In this document: piece after piece, positions 7,855-19,586 of the stretch
Layout of the letters: the number at the start of each line of letters is the position of its first letter
Position numbering within the stretch: position 1 is the stretch's first letter
Virus record (IMG/VR): IMGVR_UViG_3300032167_000048
Direction: 5' to 3' (one strand)
DNA: 64,000 nucleotides
From: a virus
Taxonomy: Duplodnaviria; Caudoviricetes
Made by a program: the position numbers and the translations under genes
The notes under the pieces: generated by a model
What the model saw: the letters and a program-made list of their open reading frames with translations, nothing else
What the model was told of the DNA's origin: nothing
Database searches by the model: none

Positions 7855-10076
7855 TATAGAGTTCCTCCGTCATGTTTTACACGTAAGCCAACTTCTTCTT
7901 GTTTTCCCTCATTGAATGCACTAGTATAATCACCAGTTAAATATCCAGTAACACGTCTAAGTCTCTGAATTTCATCTCCACCACACATAGGACACATATG
8001 AGAGATTTCATCTGTATAACCACACTGCATGCAAGTATCATTAGGTACGTTTACTGCAAAGTATGGAATATCTTTGTCCATAGCATAGTTCACGATATCT
8101 TCTAATGCTTCTAAGTTGTTTTTAACAGTTGAATCCAGTTCAATATATGTAATACATCCAGCACTACTGTAGCCAGTTAACTGAGACTCAATATCAATTT
8201 TTTCAAATGGATTCATCTTTTCCCAAACTGGAACATGCATTGAGTTAGTAAAGAATTTCTTATCTGAAACTTTAGGAATTACACCGTATTTTTCTTTGAA
8301 TTTACTCATAGCTGTAAAGCAAAGATTTTCTGCTGGTGTATAATAAACACCAAAGTTTAATTTGTACTCTTCTTTAAATTCTGCACATCTATCTTTAAAT
8401 AACTGTTCAATGCGTTTAGCAAGCTCCATACCTTTTTCTGTTGTATGATTGCATCCAATAAGAATTTCAAGCGTTTCTGCAAGCCCAAGCTGTCCGATTA
8501 CAATTGTTCCATGTTTAAGAGCTGAACGAATTCCCTCTTCTGGAATATATCCCTCCATTACTCCATTTTCATACATGAATTTAGCCGAGTCTGGAGACTG
8601 TGAACAAATCCATTCAAAACGTTCAAGAAGCATGTCTTTTGCCTCGTGAATTTTCTTATCTAATAATTCCATAAATACTTCAACAATATTGTCGTCATAT
8701 TCACTCATAAAAGATTCTTTTGCCTGCATTGCTAAAGTAGGCATAATAATTGTTACTGGACAAATATTGCCACGTCCATCTTTCTGCTGTTTTAATCCAT
8801 TAATATCCCATCCATTTGCAGTACGACATCCCATTGTGCTGAAATACGTCTGAGGGTCATTAATATCATATCCAGCATTTCCAGACCAATCTACATTTGC
8901 ATAGTTAGGATACAATCTCTGTGCAGTAGATTTTAATGCTAACTGGAACAAATCATAGTTAGGGTCTTCTGGTTTTCTATTAACACCTTTCATACACTGG
9001 AAGATTCCACAAGGGAAAATGGATGTTTTATGAAGACTTCCAATACCATCGATAGATACCTCAAGTAATGCTTTTGTCACCATACGACCCTCTGGTTCTG
9101 TACAAGTACCATAGTTAATAGATGTAAATGGTAACTGATTACCAGAGCGAGACTGTAATGTGTTTAAATTGTGGTACATGGCTTCAACAGACTGACGTAC
9201 TTCTTTTTCTACCATATCCATTGCATATTTATATGCTTCTTTGTTCTGCTCTGAATTTGCTTCAAGGTCATTAAATGACAATTCTTTTGGAACAATCTTT
9301 GCGTACTCTTCATCTTTTAAAATGTATTTAACTCCATTTTTAAAATGCTTTGCAAAGCTCTTTCTAACGTATGGAATCATAGTCCAATCTAAGTGAGTTG
9401 CAGAAACACCACCGAACTGCTGCAAGCTCTGTAACTGGAAAATTACAGCAACTAACTGAAATGCTGTGCTTACAGATTGAGCTGGTCTAACATCTGTCTG
9501 TCTTGTATTAAATCCATTTGCAAGCAATTTATCAAATGGGATACTCATACAATTGTGCATTCCAACAGCGTATGAGTTAAGGTCGTGAATATAAACTTCA
9601 TTATTTAAATGATTGTTTTTGGCCATCTCAGACATACAATAATCTAATGCATACTGTTTCATTACTGCATCATTTGCTTCTCCCATACGACCACCAAACG
9701 ACTTCTCATCAACATTAGCGTTCTGATTCTGTACGTTTTTAGCCATAAGTTTTTCTGATACAGATTTGATTAATTTACTATTTCTTTCACGAGCCTTAGT
9801 TCTTTCATTGCGATATAAAATATACTGTTTTGCAACATCTTTACGATTGCTTGCCATTAATTTTGTTTCTACAATGTCTTGAATTTCTTCAACAGACATT
9901 TTCTTTTTGCCAGTTTCTGTAATCTGATTTGTAATTCTATCAATAATTACTTTTGATTCATCTGTGATATCACCATCGATATCTTTAAAAGCCTTTCCAA
10001 TTGCTATACAAATCTTATTGGGGTTATAGACATCTTCTCTTCCATCGCGTTTAACAACAATGTTAACCATAACCAC
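7854..10076 (-). CDS. nrdD: Class III anaerobic ribonucleoside-triphosphate reductase with ATP cone
   Basis: VVKRDG ATP cone; YIHDL; MGCRT; TPAE; CxxC..CPxCG; RRVTGYL glycyl-radical loop. Confidence 0.97.
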   Translation of the reverse strand: MVMVNIVVKRDGREDVYNPNKICIAIGKAFKDIDGDITDESKVIIDRITNQITETGKKKMSVEEIQDIVETKLMASNRKDVAKQYILYRNERTKARERNSKLIKSVSEKLMAKNVQNQNANVDEKSFGGRMGEANDAVMKQYALDYCMSEMAKNNHLNNEVYIHDLNSYAVGMHNCMSIPFDKLLANGFNTRQTDVRPAQSVSTAFQLVAVIFQLQSLQQFGGVSATHLDWTMIPYVRKSFAKHFKNGVKYILKDEEYAKIVPKELSFNDLEANSEQNKEAYKYAMDMVEKEVRQSVEAMYHNLNTLQSRSGNQLPFTSINYGTCTEPEGRMVTKALLEVSIDGIGSLHKTSIFPCGIFQCMKGVNRKPEDPNYDLFQLALKSTAQRLYPNYANVDWSGNAGYDINDPQTYFSTMGCRTANGWDINGLKQQKDGRGNICPVTIIMPTLAMQAKESFMSEYDDNIVEVFMELLDKKIHEAKDMLLERFEWICSQSPDSAKFMYENGVMEGYIPEEGIRSALKHGTIVIGQLGLAETLEILIGCNHTTEKGMELAKRIEQLFKDRCAEFKEEYKLNFGVYYTPAENLCFTAMSKFKEKYGVIPKVSDKKFFTNSMHVPVWEKMNPFEKIDIESQLTGYSSAGCITYIELDSTVKNNLEALEDIVNYAMDKDIPYFAVNVPNDTCMQCGYTDEISHMCPMCGGDEIQRLRRVTGYLTGDYTSAFNEGKQEEVGLRVKHDGGTL

Positions 10077-10103
10077 ATTCCTCCTTATAACTTTATTTTT
10101 TAT

Positions 10104-12074
10104 TTATTTCAACATTTCTGCAAGCTCAACTTCAGAAATGATTGTAATTCCAAGCTCTGTCGCTTTCTTATATTTTGAAGAGTTAGATGCTTCATTGCAA
10201 ACAAGATAATTTGTTTTCTTTGTTACACCGCTAACTACTTTACCACCTAAAGATTCAATTTTTTCTTTAGCTTCATCTCTATTTGAGAAATAAATTAAAG
10301 AACCAGTAATGCAAAATGTTTTACCATTTAAGCTATTTGAATTAGAAGTTGTTTTTGGTTTTTCAAATGTTAAATATTCTGCAAGTTCTGAAACCATTTT
10401 AAAATTATCCAAATAATAATTAATCATTGATGTATTTGTATTTGAACCAAAGTCATCTAACTGAGTCCAATCAAATCCATATGCAGAATCCCAAGCATCG
10501 TCAAATTTCTTATAATCATAATCAAAATATTTTGCGATTGTTTTACTTGCACTTCTACCAATAAGAGGGATGCTTAATGAATAAATAAATCTATCTAATG
10601 TTGTATGTTTACTTTCTTCAATCGCATCTAATAATTTATCAACCGATTTGTCACCAAAACCATCATATTCTTTCCAAGGTTCTCTATAATAATCAAGTTT
10701 ATAAATATCTTTAAATGAATTTACCCATCCTCTTTCAATAAGAAACTCTAATGTTGCTTCGCTCATTCCATCGATATTCATTGCGTTCTTAGAAACGAAG
10801 TGCGTTAATTTGCCCAATAACTTTCCTTTACAATGTGGATTTGTGCAAACAAGAATTTCTGTATTGTTATCTTTCTTAACTTCTGTTTTCGCTTTGCAAA
10901 TAGGACATTCTGTTGGTAAATCAATTGTTGTAATTCCACCAATATTATCTCTAATTTCTGCACTTACATTTCTTTTTACCTGAGGAATAATCATGTTGGC
11001 TTTATATACTTTAATCTTATCACCTTTCATAAGTGCTAAATCCGTTAAGATTGAAACGTTATGTACGGAGGCACGACTTACCATAGTACCATCAATTTCT
11101 ACTTCTTTAAAAACGGCAGTTGGAGTTAATACACCAGTTTTGCCCATAGTCCATTCAATATCCAATAATTCTGTTTCATACACTGCATCTTTTCTTTTAT
11201 ATGCAATACCATTTTTGAAATGATGGCTTGTAGCACCTAAAGATTTACCATATTCAATATCATCAAATTTGAACACAATACCGTCACAAGGGAATCCGTC
11301 TTCAGCGGCAAAATCAAATACATAATCTAAATTACTCTCAAGATTCTTTGGGTCTAAAGTACTTGCAAGCCAGTTTGGAACTACATCAAATCCAAGTTCT
11401 TTTGCTTCTTTTAAATTATTTCTAAGACTGTCACTGCATCCACCTTTAATGATATCCCAAGCAAAAAATTTTAATTTTCTTTTCGCTACTAAAGATGTGT
11501 CGAGCACAGACAAAGTACCACTTGCTAAGTTTCTACTATTCTTATACTCTCCATTTTTATTTACTTCTGCAAAATCTTCATCAGTAATAATAGCTTCACC
11601 ATCAACAATATACGTTCCAGTCTTATCAATTTTTAATGGTACATTTAAGAACTGTTTAACATGTTCTGTTACATCAGAACCTACATGACCATCTCCCCTT
11701 GTTTCCCCTCTTACAAGCACACCATCTTCATATAATAATGATATAGTTAGCCCATCCAGCTTAATACTTGTAACAAGATATTTATTATTTGCAAATTTAA
11801 CAATTTCATCAATTGTATGGCACTTATCTAAACTAAGCATTGGATGATTATGCTCGACTTCTTTAAGTTCTGTTAACACCTTATATCCAACATTCTGCGT
11901 TGGAGAATTAGAAAACACAAAGCCAGTTTCTTCTTCGAACTGTCTAAGGTCTTCTAATCTCATATCAAACTGTTCGTCTGTCATAATCGGTGTTTTACCA
12001 TTATAATAAGCATCGCTTGCTTCATTAAGTACGGAAACCATTCCACGCATTAAACTTAATTCACTATGATTCAC
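10104..12074 (-). CDS. ligA: NAD-dependent DNA ligase
   Basis: MLSLDK, KLDG, TRGDG, RNLASG, DGIVFK; Zn finger; HhH; C-terminal BRCT. Confidence 0.97.
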   Translation of the reverse strand: MNHSELSLMRGMVSVLNEASDAYYNGKTPIMTDEQFDMRLEDLRQFEEETGFVFSNSPTQNVGYKVLTELKEVEHNHPMLSLDKCHTIDEIVKFANNKYLVTSIKLDGLTISLLYEDGVLVRGETRGDGHVGSDVTEHVKQFLNVPLKIDKTGTYIVDGEAIITDEDFAEVNKNGEYKNSRNLASGTLSVLDTSLVAKRKLKFFAWDIIKGGCSDSLRNNLKEAKELGFDVVPNWLASTLDPKNLESNLDYVFDFAAEDGFPCDGIVFKFDDIEYGKSLGATSHHFKNGIAYKRKDAVYETELLDIEWTMGKTGVLTPTAVFKEVEIDGTMVSRASVHNVSILTDLALMKGDKIKVYKANMIIPQVKRNVSAEIRDNIGGITTIDLPTECPICKAKTEVKKDNNTEILVCTNPHCKGKLLGKLTHFVSKNAMNIDGMSEATLEFLIERGWVNSFKDIYKLDYYREPWKEYDGFGDKSVDKLLDAIEESKHTTLDRFIYSLSIPLIGRSASKTIAKYFDYDYKKFDDAWDSAYGFDWTQLDDFGSNTNTSMINYYLDNFKMVSELAEYLTFEKPKTTSNSNSLNGKTFCITGSLIYFSNRDEAKEKIESLGGKVVSGVTKKTNYLVCNEASNSSKYKKATELGITIISEVELAEMLK

Positions 12075-12087
12075 TATTTCACCTCCA

Positions 12088-12267
12088 TTAAAACATGATT
12101 AGATTTTCTCTAATTAAAAAACTGTCGCAAGTTGAAAAATCTGTATGAACCTGCTGACTACAATGGTCAATGCCTTTTTCTCTACAGAAATCGCCAATCT
12201 GATTGTAATGTTCACAAGTTTTGCATTTTAAACTACACTTGTTTTTGTTTGTTTTCTTATCGCTCAT
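12088..12267 (-). CDS. Small Cys-rich hypothetical protein (59 aa, not in ORF track)
   Basis: AAAGGAGTG RBS; MSDKKTNKNKCSLKCKTCEH... Confidence 0.55.
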   Translation of the reverse strand: MSDKKTNKNKCSLKCKTCEHYNQIGDFCREKGIDHCSQQVHTDFSTCDSFLIRENLIMF

Positions 12268-12314
12268 TTTATCACTCCTTTATAACGTTAACAGTTACGA
12301 GCTGTTATGTGAGT

Positions 12315-12343
12315 ATTATATACTATTTGTAATTATTTGTCAA
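12315..12343 (-). promoter_or_regulatory. sigma-A promoter for the ligA-nrdD-nrdG-dut unit
   Basis: TTGACA-17-TATAAT. Confidence 0.85.
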
Positions 12344-12351
12344 TAGGTTTT

Positions 12352-14610
12352 TTAGGATTTTTTCAAAAGTTCCTGCATAAATGTATGTCTAGTTAAGTTT
12401 GCTTTCTTTTTAACAGCTTGATTAACACTCTGTAAAGTTCCTAAATGATACATTCTTTCTTTCATACGTGTAAGACCTACATATAATAAGTTACTATTTA
12501 ACATAAAAATGTGACTTTGTGGCGTACATAAGATTACCTTTTTAAAACCGCCACCCTGAGATTTATGAATTGATATTGCATATCCCAACTTAACATTATT
12601 CATATCAGTTCTATAATACTTAACGTGGATTCCACCGAAATCAATGATTACATATGAATTATAAATTTCTTTAATAATACCAGTTTCACCATTGGCAACA
12701 AAAGCCGTAATTTCTTCGTCATGTTCAAACACTGTACGTTCACCATCATCATCTGGTAGGTGTCTTGTGTCAACAGTTGCATCATAATTGTTTACTGTCT
12801 GAAGTATTAGGTCGCCTTTGTAATATACTGTGTCTCCAACTTTCATATTTACTTCGCTACCATAATTAGGATTTGCAACTCTTTGAATCATATTGTTAAG
12901 TGCAATTGCTCCACAATCACCAACATTTTTCGCTGTTAAAACTTGAATATCTTCAATGCTGCTACCATTATCTAATAATTTTTTATATAACCCTACTACG
13001 CTTCTAGGAATTGATTCTGATGCCAAATCAATAAATGTGTAGTCTTGATTACCTCCGAATGTAGTTGCTTTAGCTTTCATTTCGCTTGATAAATATGGTA
13101 TACAACATCTTGTATCTGTTGCAACTTTCATTAATCCACCACTTGAATATCTGAAAATCTTATTAAGTGTTACAGTTGGGATGATATTTGCTTCCATAAA
13201 ATCATGAAGTAAGTTTCCACATGATACACTAGGTAACTGAGCATTATCACCAATTAAAAGAAGTTTTGTATGTTTAAAATCAATGGCATCAAGTAATCTT
13301 TTAAACAACCAGATATCAACCATTGAAAACTCATCGACTATAACAATATCAGATTCTAATTTATGCCAAGAATTATATGTCCAATCATATGGTGGCATAT
13401 ATCCAAGACCTCTGTGAATAGTAGATGCTGGCTCATTTGTATTTTCATGTAATACCTTTGCGGCTCTACCAGTAGGACTAAATAATCTAAATGTTTTATC
13501 ATTTTCTTTTAGCATTTTAATTAATCCTTGTGTAGAAGCAGTTTTGCCACTACCAGCAAAACCGTTTAAGATTGCAATATTATTTTTACACACAACATCA
13601 AGAATTTTAATCTGTTCATCAGATAATGTAAAGCCACCAACTTCTCTGTATCTTTCAATATTGAAATCCCAAATATTATTAGTATTACTTAAATTATTAA
13701 GAATTGTATCGGCAATATACTTTTCTGTATTGTATGTTTCAACTAAAGAAGCGCTCATATTATCTTTGTTATAATAAATGTTTTCATCTTTAATAACATC
13801 TACGAAATGATTTGCACAACTTGGTACAGTTTTTAAACACTGCTGTCTTAAGTCTGCCAAATTCATTTTGGTGTGTCCCTCATTTTCATTCTCTTCTAAA
13901 ATATACATAATACAAGCTAAACATCTATCTGGTGATGTTTTTACATCATATCCGAAATCAATAATGTCTTCTTTTTGAAGCTGTAAAATAATACTATCTG
14001 CCGTTTTAAATCCAACACGACTAATTCTTGTAAGTGTTGTATATGGATTTGTTTTTAATTTCTCTTTTAATTTGTCAATTGAAGAATACGCTTCATAAAT
14101 TCTTCTAATCATATTCATTGATAAAATGTTTTTAAATTCAATAACTAGCTCCATTAAACAGTAGTTAGTTATAATTTTTTCTTTAATAATATCGAATGTT
14201 TTCTGACCAATACCTTTTAATTTTGATAAATCAATATCATCCAAGTTATCATCTTTTACCATTTGAATGATATTAGGATAATTTTCTACCAATGTTTTTG
14301 CCTGATTTTCTGTTAAAATCTCAGATAAGAAAACATATGTTCCCTCAACTGTGGTTGGCAAATCACGTCTTATATTTAACACTTTATAACTTGTGCCATA
14401 TTTACTTTCTTGTTCCACAGTTGTAAACTCATATTCAACACCAAGAGTTAAATCTGACAACTCTCCTAAGATGGAGACGTTGCCATATTTATTTTGTTTT
14501 AACTCTGGGTATTTGTTTTTATCTGTTGCAACCGCATAGATTTTAAAATCTGGCGAGTTGTATACGCATCTTTCGATTACTCCTTTAAATTTATATTTTA
14601 CATCTACCAT
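12352..14610 (-). CDS. recD2: RecD2-like SF1B helicase
   Basis: GFAGSGKT; VDEFSM; IGDNAQLPSV; NGETG; YAISIHKSQG; YVGLTR; N-terminal OB/HhH region. Confidence 0.92.
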   Translation of the reverse strand: MVDVKYKFKGVIERCVYNSPDFKIYAVATDKNKYPELKQNKYGNVSILGELSDLTLGVEYEFTTVEQESKYGTSYKVLNIRRDLPTTVEGTYVFLSEILTENQAKTLVENYPNIIQMVKDDNLDDIDLSKLKGIGQKTFDIIKEKIITNYCLMELVIEFKNILSMNMIRRIYEAYSSIDKLKEKLKTNPYTTLTRISRVGFKTADSIILQLQKEDIIDFGYDVKTSPDRCLACIMYILEENENEGHTKMNLADLRQQCLKTVPSCANHFVDVIKDENIYYNKDNMSASLVETYNTEKYIADTILNNLSNTNNIWDFNIERYREVGGFTLSDEQIKILDVVCKNNIAILNGFAGSGKTASTQGLIKMLKENDKTFRLFSPTGRAAKVLHENTNEPASTIHRGLGYMPPYDWTYNSWHKLESDIVIVDEFSMVDIWLFKRLLDAIDFKHTKLLLIGDNAQLPSVSCGNLLHDFMEANIIPTVTLNKIFRYSSGGLMKVATDTRCCIPYLSSEMKAKATTFGGNQDYTFIDLASESIPRSVVGLYKKLLDNGSSIEDIQVLTAKNVGDCGAIALNNMIQRVANPNYGSEVNMKVGDTVYYKGDLILQTVNNYDATVDTRHLPDDDGERTVFEHDEEITAFVANGETGIIKEIYNSYVIIDFGGIHVKYYRTDMNNVKLGYAISIHKSQGGGFKKVILCTPQSHIFMLNSNLLYVGLTRMKERMYHLGTLQSVNQAVKKKANLTRHTFMQELLKKS

Positions 14611-17600
14611 TTTTTCATAACCTCATATTCTGTAACTATCGGCTCAAGTTCATCTGTTTCTACCCACTCACCACCAATATTTTTCTTTTTATGGGCATAA
14701 GTGAATCCTCTAATATCTAAAACAGCAAAATCACCAAAAGGTTCTTCTTTGTATAACTTTGACTGTTTAATTCTTGTTTTAATCTCTTCCCCAGTGCTAA
14801 CATTTCTTAGTGTGAAATGTGGTTTTGTTGGGTCTGAGAATGTTTTAAAATTAAGTACAACATAATAATGGTCTGCAAGGATTGGGTTCGCATATGTTGT
14901 ATATTCCAAATACTCCATTTCAAGTTTAATTTGGTCAATCATGTCAATTGATTCATTTGGTAATACACTACATAATTCATTAATTAAACCTTGATTATCA
15001 AGTTCTCTATATTGTGCCTTTGTTTCTTTTTTCGCATATTTTCTAATCAAATAATCTGTAACACCAAGCTCTTCCATTTTCTTTTTAGCAATAATTTTTG
15101 AATTTGCAAACTTGTCGTATACTTCAATAACATTCAGCAGGTATTTATTATTACCGAATTCACTAAAGAAATTTAAGGCGGTTAAGATATGTAACTGTCT
15201 TGAGTTAAGACTTGTTTTATCTTCAATATCTCTTAATAAGTCTACAAATGTTTTATATTTATTCTTAGATAATTCTAGTAACTCGTCTGCTATCTGAGCA
15301 TTACAATATTTAATAGAACTTATACCCTTATATATTGCATTATTTTCTTTGTCCATAGTATAAAAACTACCAGACTTACCAAATTTAATTGGTTTTAATT
15401 CAATGTTATGTTTCTTAGCATATTGTAGGATTTCTAAACATTTATCTGAATCCTCTTCATAAATATTTAATGCTGTTGTTACTGTTTCTAACTTATAATA
15501 ACATCTTAACCATCCAACAACATATCCAAGAAAGCTATATGGTGTAGCATGATTTAAAGAGAATAGATATGAGCTCGCATCAATGATTACTTGAATAAAA
15601 CTTTCAATTAATTTATTAGACTCATCTTCCTCTACATTGTACTTCTCTTTCATCGTTTTAATGAAGCCTTCTTTGATTTTTGGTATAAATTTATCAGTAC
15701 CAGTTTTCTTAGCGAAACCTCTTCGTACAATGTCTGCCTCTCCCATCGTATAACCGCAGAAGCTATGTAGGAACTCAATAATTTGCTCTTGATAAACTAG
15801 GTATCCTAATGTTGGTGCAAGGAATTTATTTAAAGCATCGTGCCCATTATCGTGATATTTACCAGTGGATAGCTCATCACGATAACTTGCACCAGCAGGT
15901 CTGATAGCTCCATTTGCCATTGACATTAAGTCTATATATGAGAAGTTTTTATTCTTCTCTTTAATCTTTGCAATTGTTCCATCACTAAAAAGCTGCTTGA
16001 TGTAGTCTCCAGCATATGAAGATTCAAACTGAAAAATCATAGTACAATCATCTCTAATTTCATCCCACACCTTTTTATCATCAAAAGAAATATTATCTGG
16101 CGTTAATCTTGGGATACCAGCTAAATCACAAGTTTCATTAATTAGACCAACACAGTCAAGACCAAGCACATCAAGCTTTACAAATGACAAGCCATCAATC
16201 TCTTTCATATTAATCTGAGAAATCATGTTTTCATTTGATTTTGTACTGCATAAACCGAACCATTCATCTACTGGATATGGAGATACTACAAGCCCAGCTG
16301 GGTGATTTCCAATTGAAACAATAGTTCCTTTTACAATGTCAACATATTTAAATAACTCTGGATATTTTTTAATGTAAAATTCATCAATACAATCCTTTTT
16401 ATTTTCATCTAAATATACAGCATCACTAATCATCTGCGTTTCTTCAACACTCATTCCCAATGCTCTACCAACATCCTTAATAGCACCCTTTAAAGCGATA
16501 GTATTGAATGTGATAATATCACAACAGTATAACCCCTCTTTATTAAATAGATATTCTCTAACCTTATATCTATCTTTTTTAGACCAGTCAGTATCAACGT
16601 CTGCAAGAGATACACGTTCTTTATTCATAAAACGCTCAAAGTTAAGGTTATATTTAATTGAGTCAACCTCTGTAATGCCTAATAGATACGCAATCTCACT
16701 TCCACTAACAGAGCCTCTTGAATACCCACAGCTTACACCCTGCTTCTTTAATGCTGATTTGTAGTCCTCTTCAAGTAATAAAAAGTCAATCGCACCATTA
16801 TGTTTATATGTTTCTAATTCATACTGAATTTTTTCTTTGTACTCGTTAAAGTTATCGTATTTGTCAACGCCTCTATTTTTAATTCCCTCTAAGATTTTTT
16901 CTCTTAAAACTTTTTCTGAATCTTTATATAACTTAGGATATTTTTTACCATAATCCAGTTTAAATTCTTCTACAGAATCTGCCATTCTATTTGTATTTTC
17001 AATCGCTTCTAAATAAACATCTTCTGGCAAAGCTCTTTGATTCTTATATGCATTTACTAATTCATCATATGTTTTAAAAGTTAAATCCCATGACTCTTCG
17101 TCTGAGAAAAATACGTTTTTCCCTTTCTGAAGAATTCCCCTACCATCTACATGAATATCGTTTAAACAATGTGTATCAGTACCAGCAATTAATGGTATTC
17201 CAGTTTTTTGATGGACTGCATAAAGAATTTTATTATATACAGCCTGAGCTTCACAATTATGATGTTGAACTTCAAGATAACATCTGTGTTTATTTTTAAT
17301 TAAGAACTTTAAAAATTCTGTCTTAATATCGTTATTGCCTTTGCCCAATACACCGCCTAAACATGCAGTAGTAATAAGAATATTGTCTGATGTTGCATAT
17401 AATTCATCAAAACCAATTCTTGGTGCATAATAATAATGATAGTCGTCTCTATTGAAAGATTTAGAAACCAACTTGTTTAGTTCTTTAACACCGTCATAGT
17501 TTTTGGCAATTAAAACACAATGGTAATTATCTCTATGTTTATCTTCTGAATTTGTATCTTTTGTTAAATATGCTTCTGTAGCGTGAATATATTTCATTCC

Positions 17601-17783
17601 TGCTGCTTCGATTGATTCTTTTTTGTGAACCCATTCAAAAATGTTACCATGTTCTGCAAATGCTAATGCAGTCATTCCTAACTCTTTTGCATATTCTACG
17701 TATTGTTTATATTTCGTAACAGAGTCAATGTTTGTTACTCCATTCGATAAATCACTATGTAAATGATAAACTGTATAATTCAT
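14604..17783 (-). CDS. dnaE: DNA polymerase III alpha subunit (DnaE-type, PHP domain)
   Basis: HLHS PHP motif; SRGSVSGS; FERF; ADVDTD; HPAG; KLDVLGL; YQEQI. Confidence 0.96.
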   Translation of the reverse strand: MNYTVYHLHSDLSNGVTNIDSVTKYKQYVEYAKELGMTALAFAEHGNIFEWVHKKESIEAAGMKYIHATEAYLTKDTNSEDKHRDNYHCVLIAKNYDGVKELNKLVSKSFNRDDYHYYYAPRIGFDELYATSDNILITTACLGGVLGKGNNDIKTEFLKFLIKNKHRCYLEVQHHNCEAQAVYNKILYAVHQKTGIPLIAGTDTHCLNDIHVDGRGILQKGKNVFFSDEESWDLTFKTYDELVNAYKNQRALPEDVYLEAIENTNRMADSVEEFKLDYGKKYPKLYKDSEKVLREKILEGIKNRGVDKYDNFNEYKEKIQYELETYKHNGAIDFLLLEEDYKSALKKQGVSCGYSRGSVSGSEIAYLLGITEVDSIKYNLNFERFMNKERVSLADVDTDWSKKDRYKVREYLFNKEGLYCCDIITFNTIALKGAIKDVGRALGMSVEETQMISDAVYLDENKKDCIDEFYIKKYPELFKYVDIVKGTIVSIGNHPAGLVVSPYPVDEWFGLCSTKSNENMISQINMKEIDGLSFVKLDVLGLDCVGLINETCDLAGIPRLTPDNISFDDKKVWDEIRDDCTMIFQFESSYAGDYIKQLFSDGTIAKIKEKNKNFSYIDLMSMANGAIRPAGASYRDELSTGKYHDNGHDALNKFLAPTLGYLVYQEQIIEFLHSFCGYTMGEADIVRRGFAKKTGTDKFIPKIKEGFIKTMKEKYNVEEDESNKLIESFIQVIIDASSYLFSLNHATPYSFLGYVVGWLRCYYKLETVTTALNIYEEDSDKCLEILQYAKKHNIELKPIKFGKSGSFYTMDKENNAIYKGISSIKYCNAQIADELLELSKNKYKTFVDLLRDIEDKTSLNSRQLHILTALNFFSEFGNNKYLLNVIEVYDKFANSKIIAKKKMEELGVTDYLIRKYAKKETKAQYRELDNQGLINELCSVLPNESIDMIDQIKLEMEYLEYTTYANPILADHYYVVLNFKTFSDPTKPHFTLRNVSTGEEIKTRIKQSKLYKEEPFGDFAVLDIRGFTYAHKKKNIGGEWVETDELEPIVTEYEVMKKW

Positions 17784-17824
17784 TTATTTAAACCTTTCTT
17801 TATAACATTATTTATTACAATGAT

Positions 17825-17853
17825 ATAGTAACATATTTTACCATGTTTGTCAA
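17825..17853 (-). promoter_or_regulatory. sigma-A promoter upstream of dnaE
   Basis: TTGACA-17-TACTAT. Confidence 0.7.
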
Positions 17854-17866
17854 TATGTTTTTTGGA

Positions 17867-18148
17867 TTAATTTGAAAATCTATATATAATTATTGGTGCA
17901 TCGCTACCCATATATGGCAGTGCTCTAAGAGTATTAAACTCAATCCATTCTATAGCATCCTCATATCCAAAGTCATGTTCGGTCATTAGCCATTCAATCA
18001 TTAAATCAAAATCATAAACCGCTCTGTCATCATGAGTAACACCAATTAGCGCTGTATCATAACTATAATCTGTAAGATATTTAATCCCATCATAATCATA
18101 TTCTAATAATAATTCCTCTGCTGTTATTTTATATTCGTTCATACACAC
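17867..18148 (-). CDS. Conserved small phage protein
   Basis: YDTALIG...AVYD...AIEWIEFN...PII pattern common in phage hypotheticals. Confidence 0.7.
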   Translation of the reverse strand: MCMNEYKITAEELLLEYDYDGIKYLTDYSYDTALIGVTHDDRAVYDFDLMIEWLMTEHDFGYEDAIEWIEFNTLRALPYMGSDAPIIIYRFSN

Positions 18149-18163
18149 TTTTAGGGTGAGAAA

Positions 18164-18361
18164 CTATTCCCACCCCATCTCCTCATTATATTCTTTTATT
18201 CTTTCATTCATACTGTCTATTCGTTTATTATTCTTATATAAACGAGCCCCCTTGCACCATTCACAAGTTCCGTGATTACGACAAGAACAATCTATGGCTT
18301 TAGAACCATAGTACATCTTTCTATATTCTTTGCCGTGTTCTATTGCTTTATCTAATGGCAT
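18164..18361 (-). CDS. Small conserved phage protein
   Basis: KAIDCSCRNHGTCEWC motif; RBS. Confidence 0.7.
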   Translation of the reverse strand: MPLDKAIEHGKEYRKMYYGSKAIDCSCRNHGTCEWCKGARLYKNNKRIDSMNERIKEYNEEMGWE

Positions 18362-19586
18362 AACTACTCCTTTTCTGATAGCTCAGTTGCAACCTTTTCA
18401 ATTATCATATCTTTTAATTTTTGAGCTATTAATTTATCTGTTTCGTTTTCTAATACATTTTCACGTAACAACTGGACAATCAATAATGCTTCAACCGTGC
18501 TAATTTCTATGTTGTGTTTCATTATATAACCACCTTTAAAACTTTCATTTTATTATGCAAGCATTGAATCTTCTTTTGCACAACATCCATTTAGTAATTC
18601 ATTTTTGGCTAACATCGCATCTGTCATAGCCACGACACCATCTACAAACATACCGTAATCTTTTTCAGTAACTCCCCAATCAGTAGATTCTTTAATAACT
18701 TCATACATCGCTTCTAAAATCATACTTCTACTCATTCTTATCACCTCTTAAAAACGAAATTTTATTGCCTATAATCTCCACATGTATTCTCTAATAATAT
18801 CTTTTATTTCTTCATCGCTATATTCTCTGCCTAATAATTCTTCACTATCTAACTGATTAGTAAAATAATCATATATTAAAGCCATGAGGTCATTATGTTC
18901 TGCAATTTTTCTATATTTTAATTCTGGTGCTCCAACATATTCCAAACAATCATTAATAAAGAAATTATTTGATATTTTATATAACTTTTGGAATATAGAA
19001 CATCCACCAATTTTATCACAACTATAACAAAGCATTTTGTTACCTCTTAAAACTCTTATTTTATTCATCGTCATCTACTAATCTTCTAGTAGACGATATT
19101 ACTTGTTCTAATACTTGCTTTAATTCAATTACTTGTGTTCCACATTCTCTACATCTATGCCAATAGAATCTAACACCGTCAGTTCCTTTGGCAACTTGAA
19201 ATCTATTTTTAACCTTTTTACAATGTGGACAATAAAACTTCCAATTCATATATTATCACCTCTTAAAACTCAGATTTTATTATCTAATTTCAATTTCACC
19301 ATATTCTAAATCATTGTTTATAAAAATTTTATGTCCAGTATACTCGGCTATTCTACCATTTGGCTCGTGTTCGTCTTTGTATTTTGATGTTATACGCAAA
19401 AATAAGTTTAATGGAGATATGGTAAAATCAACGCTCTTTGCTGTATTTTCACTCATAAAAATATATGGATTAGATTTATTTGTAATATTTACATATTCAT
19501 CAATCTTTCTATTTAATTTATCTAAATCCATTTTTATAATAGAAAAAGTATCTCTCATATTATCACCTCTTAAAACAACAATTTTA

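Noticed and set aside
7854-17783. Inteins or self-splicing introns in nrdD, ligA, recD2, dnaE
   Set aside because: The ORFs are uninterrupted and of normal length, with no intein splice-junction or LAGLIDADG motifs seen.
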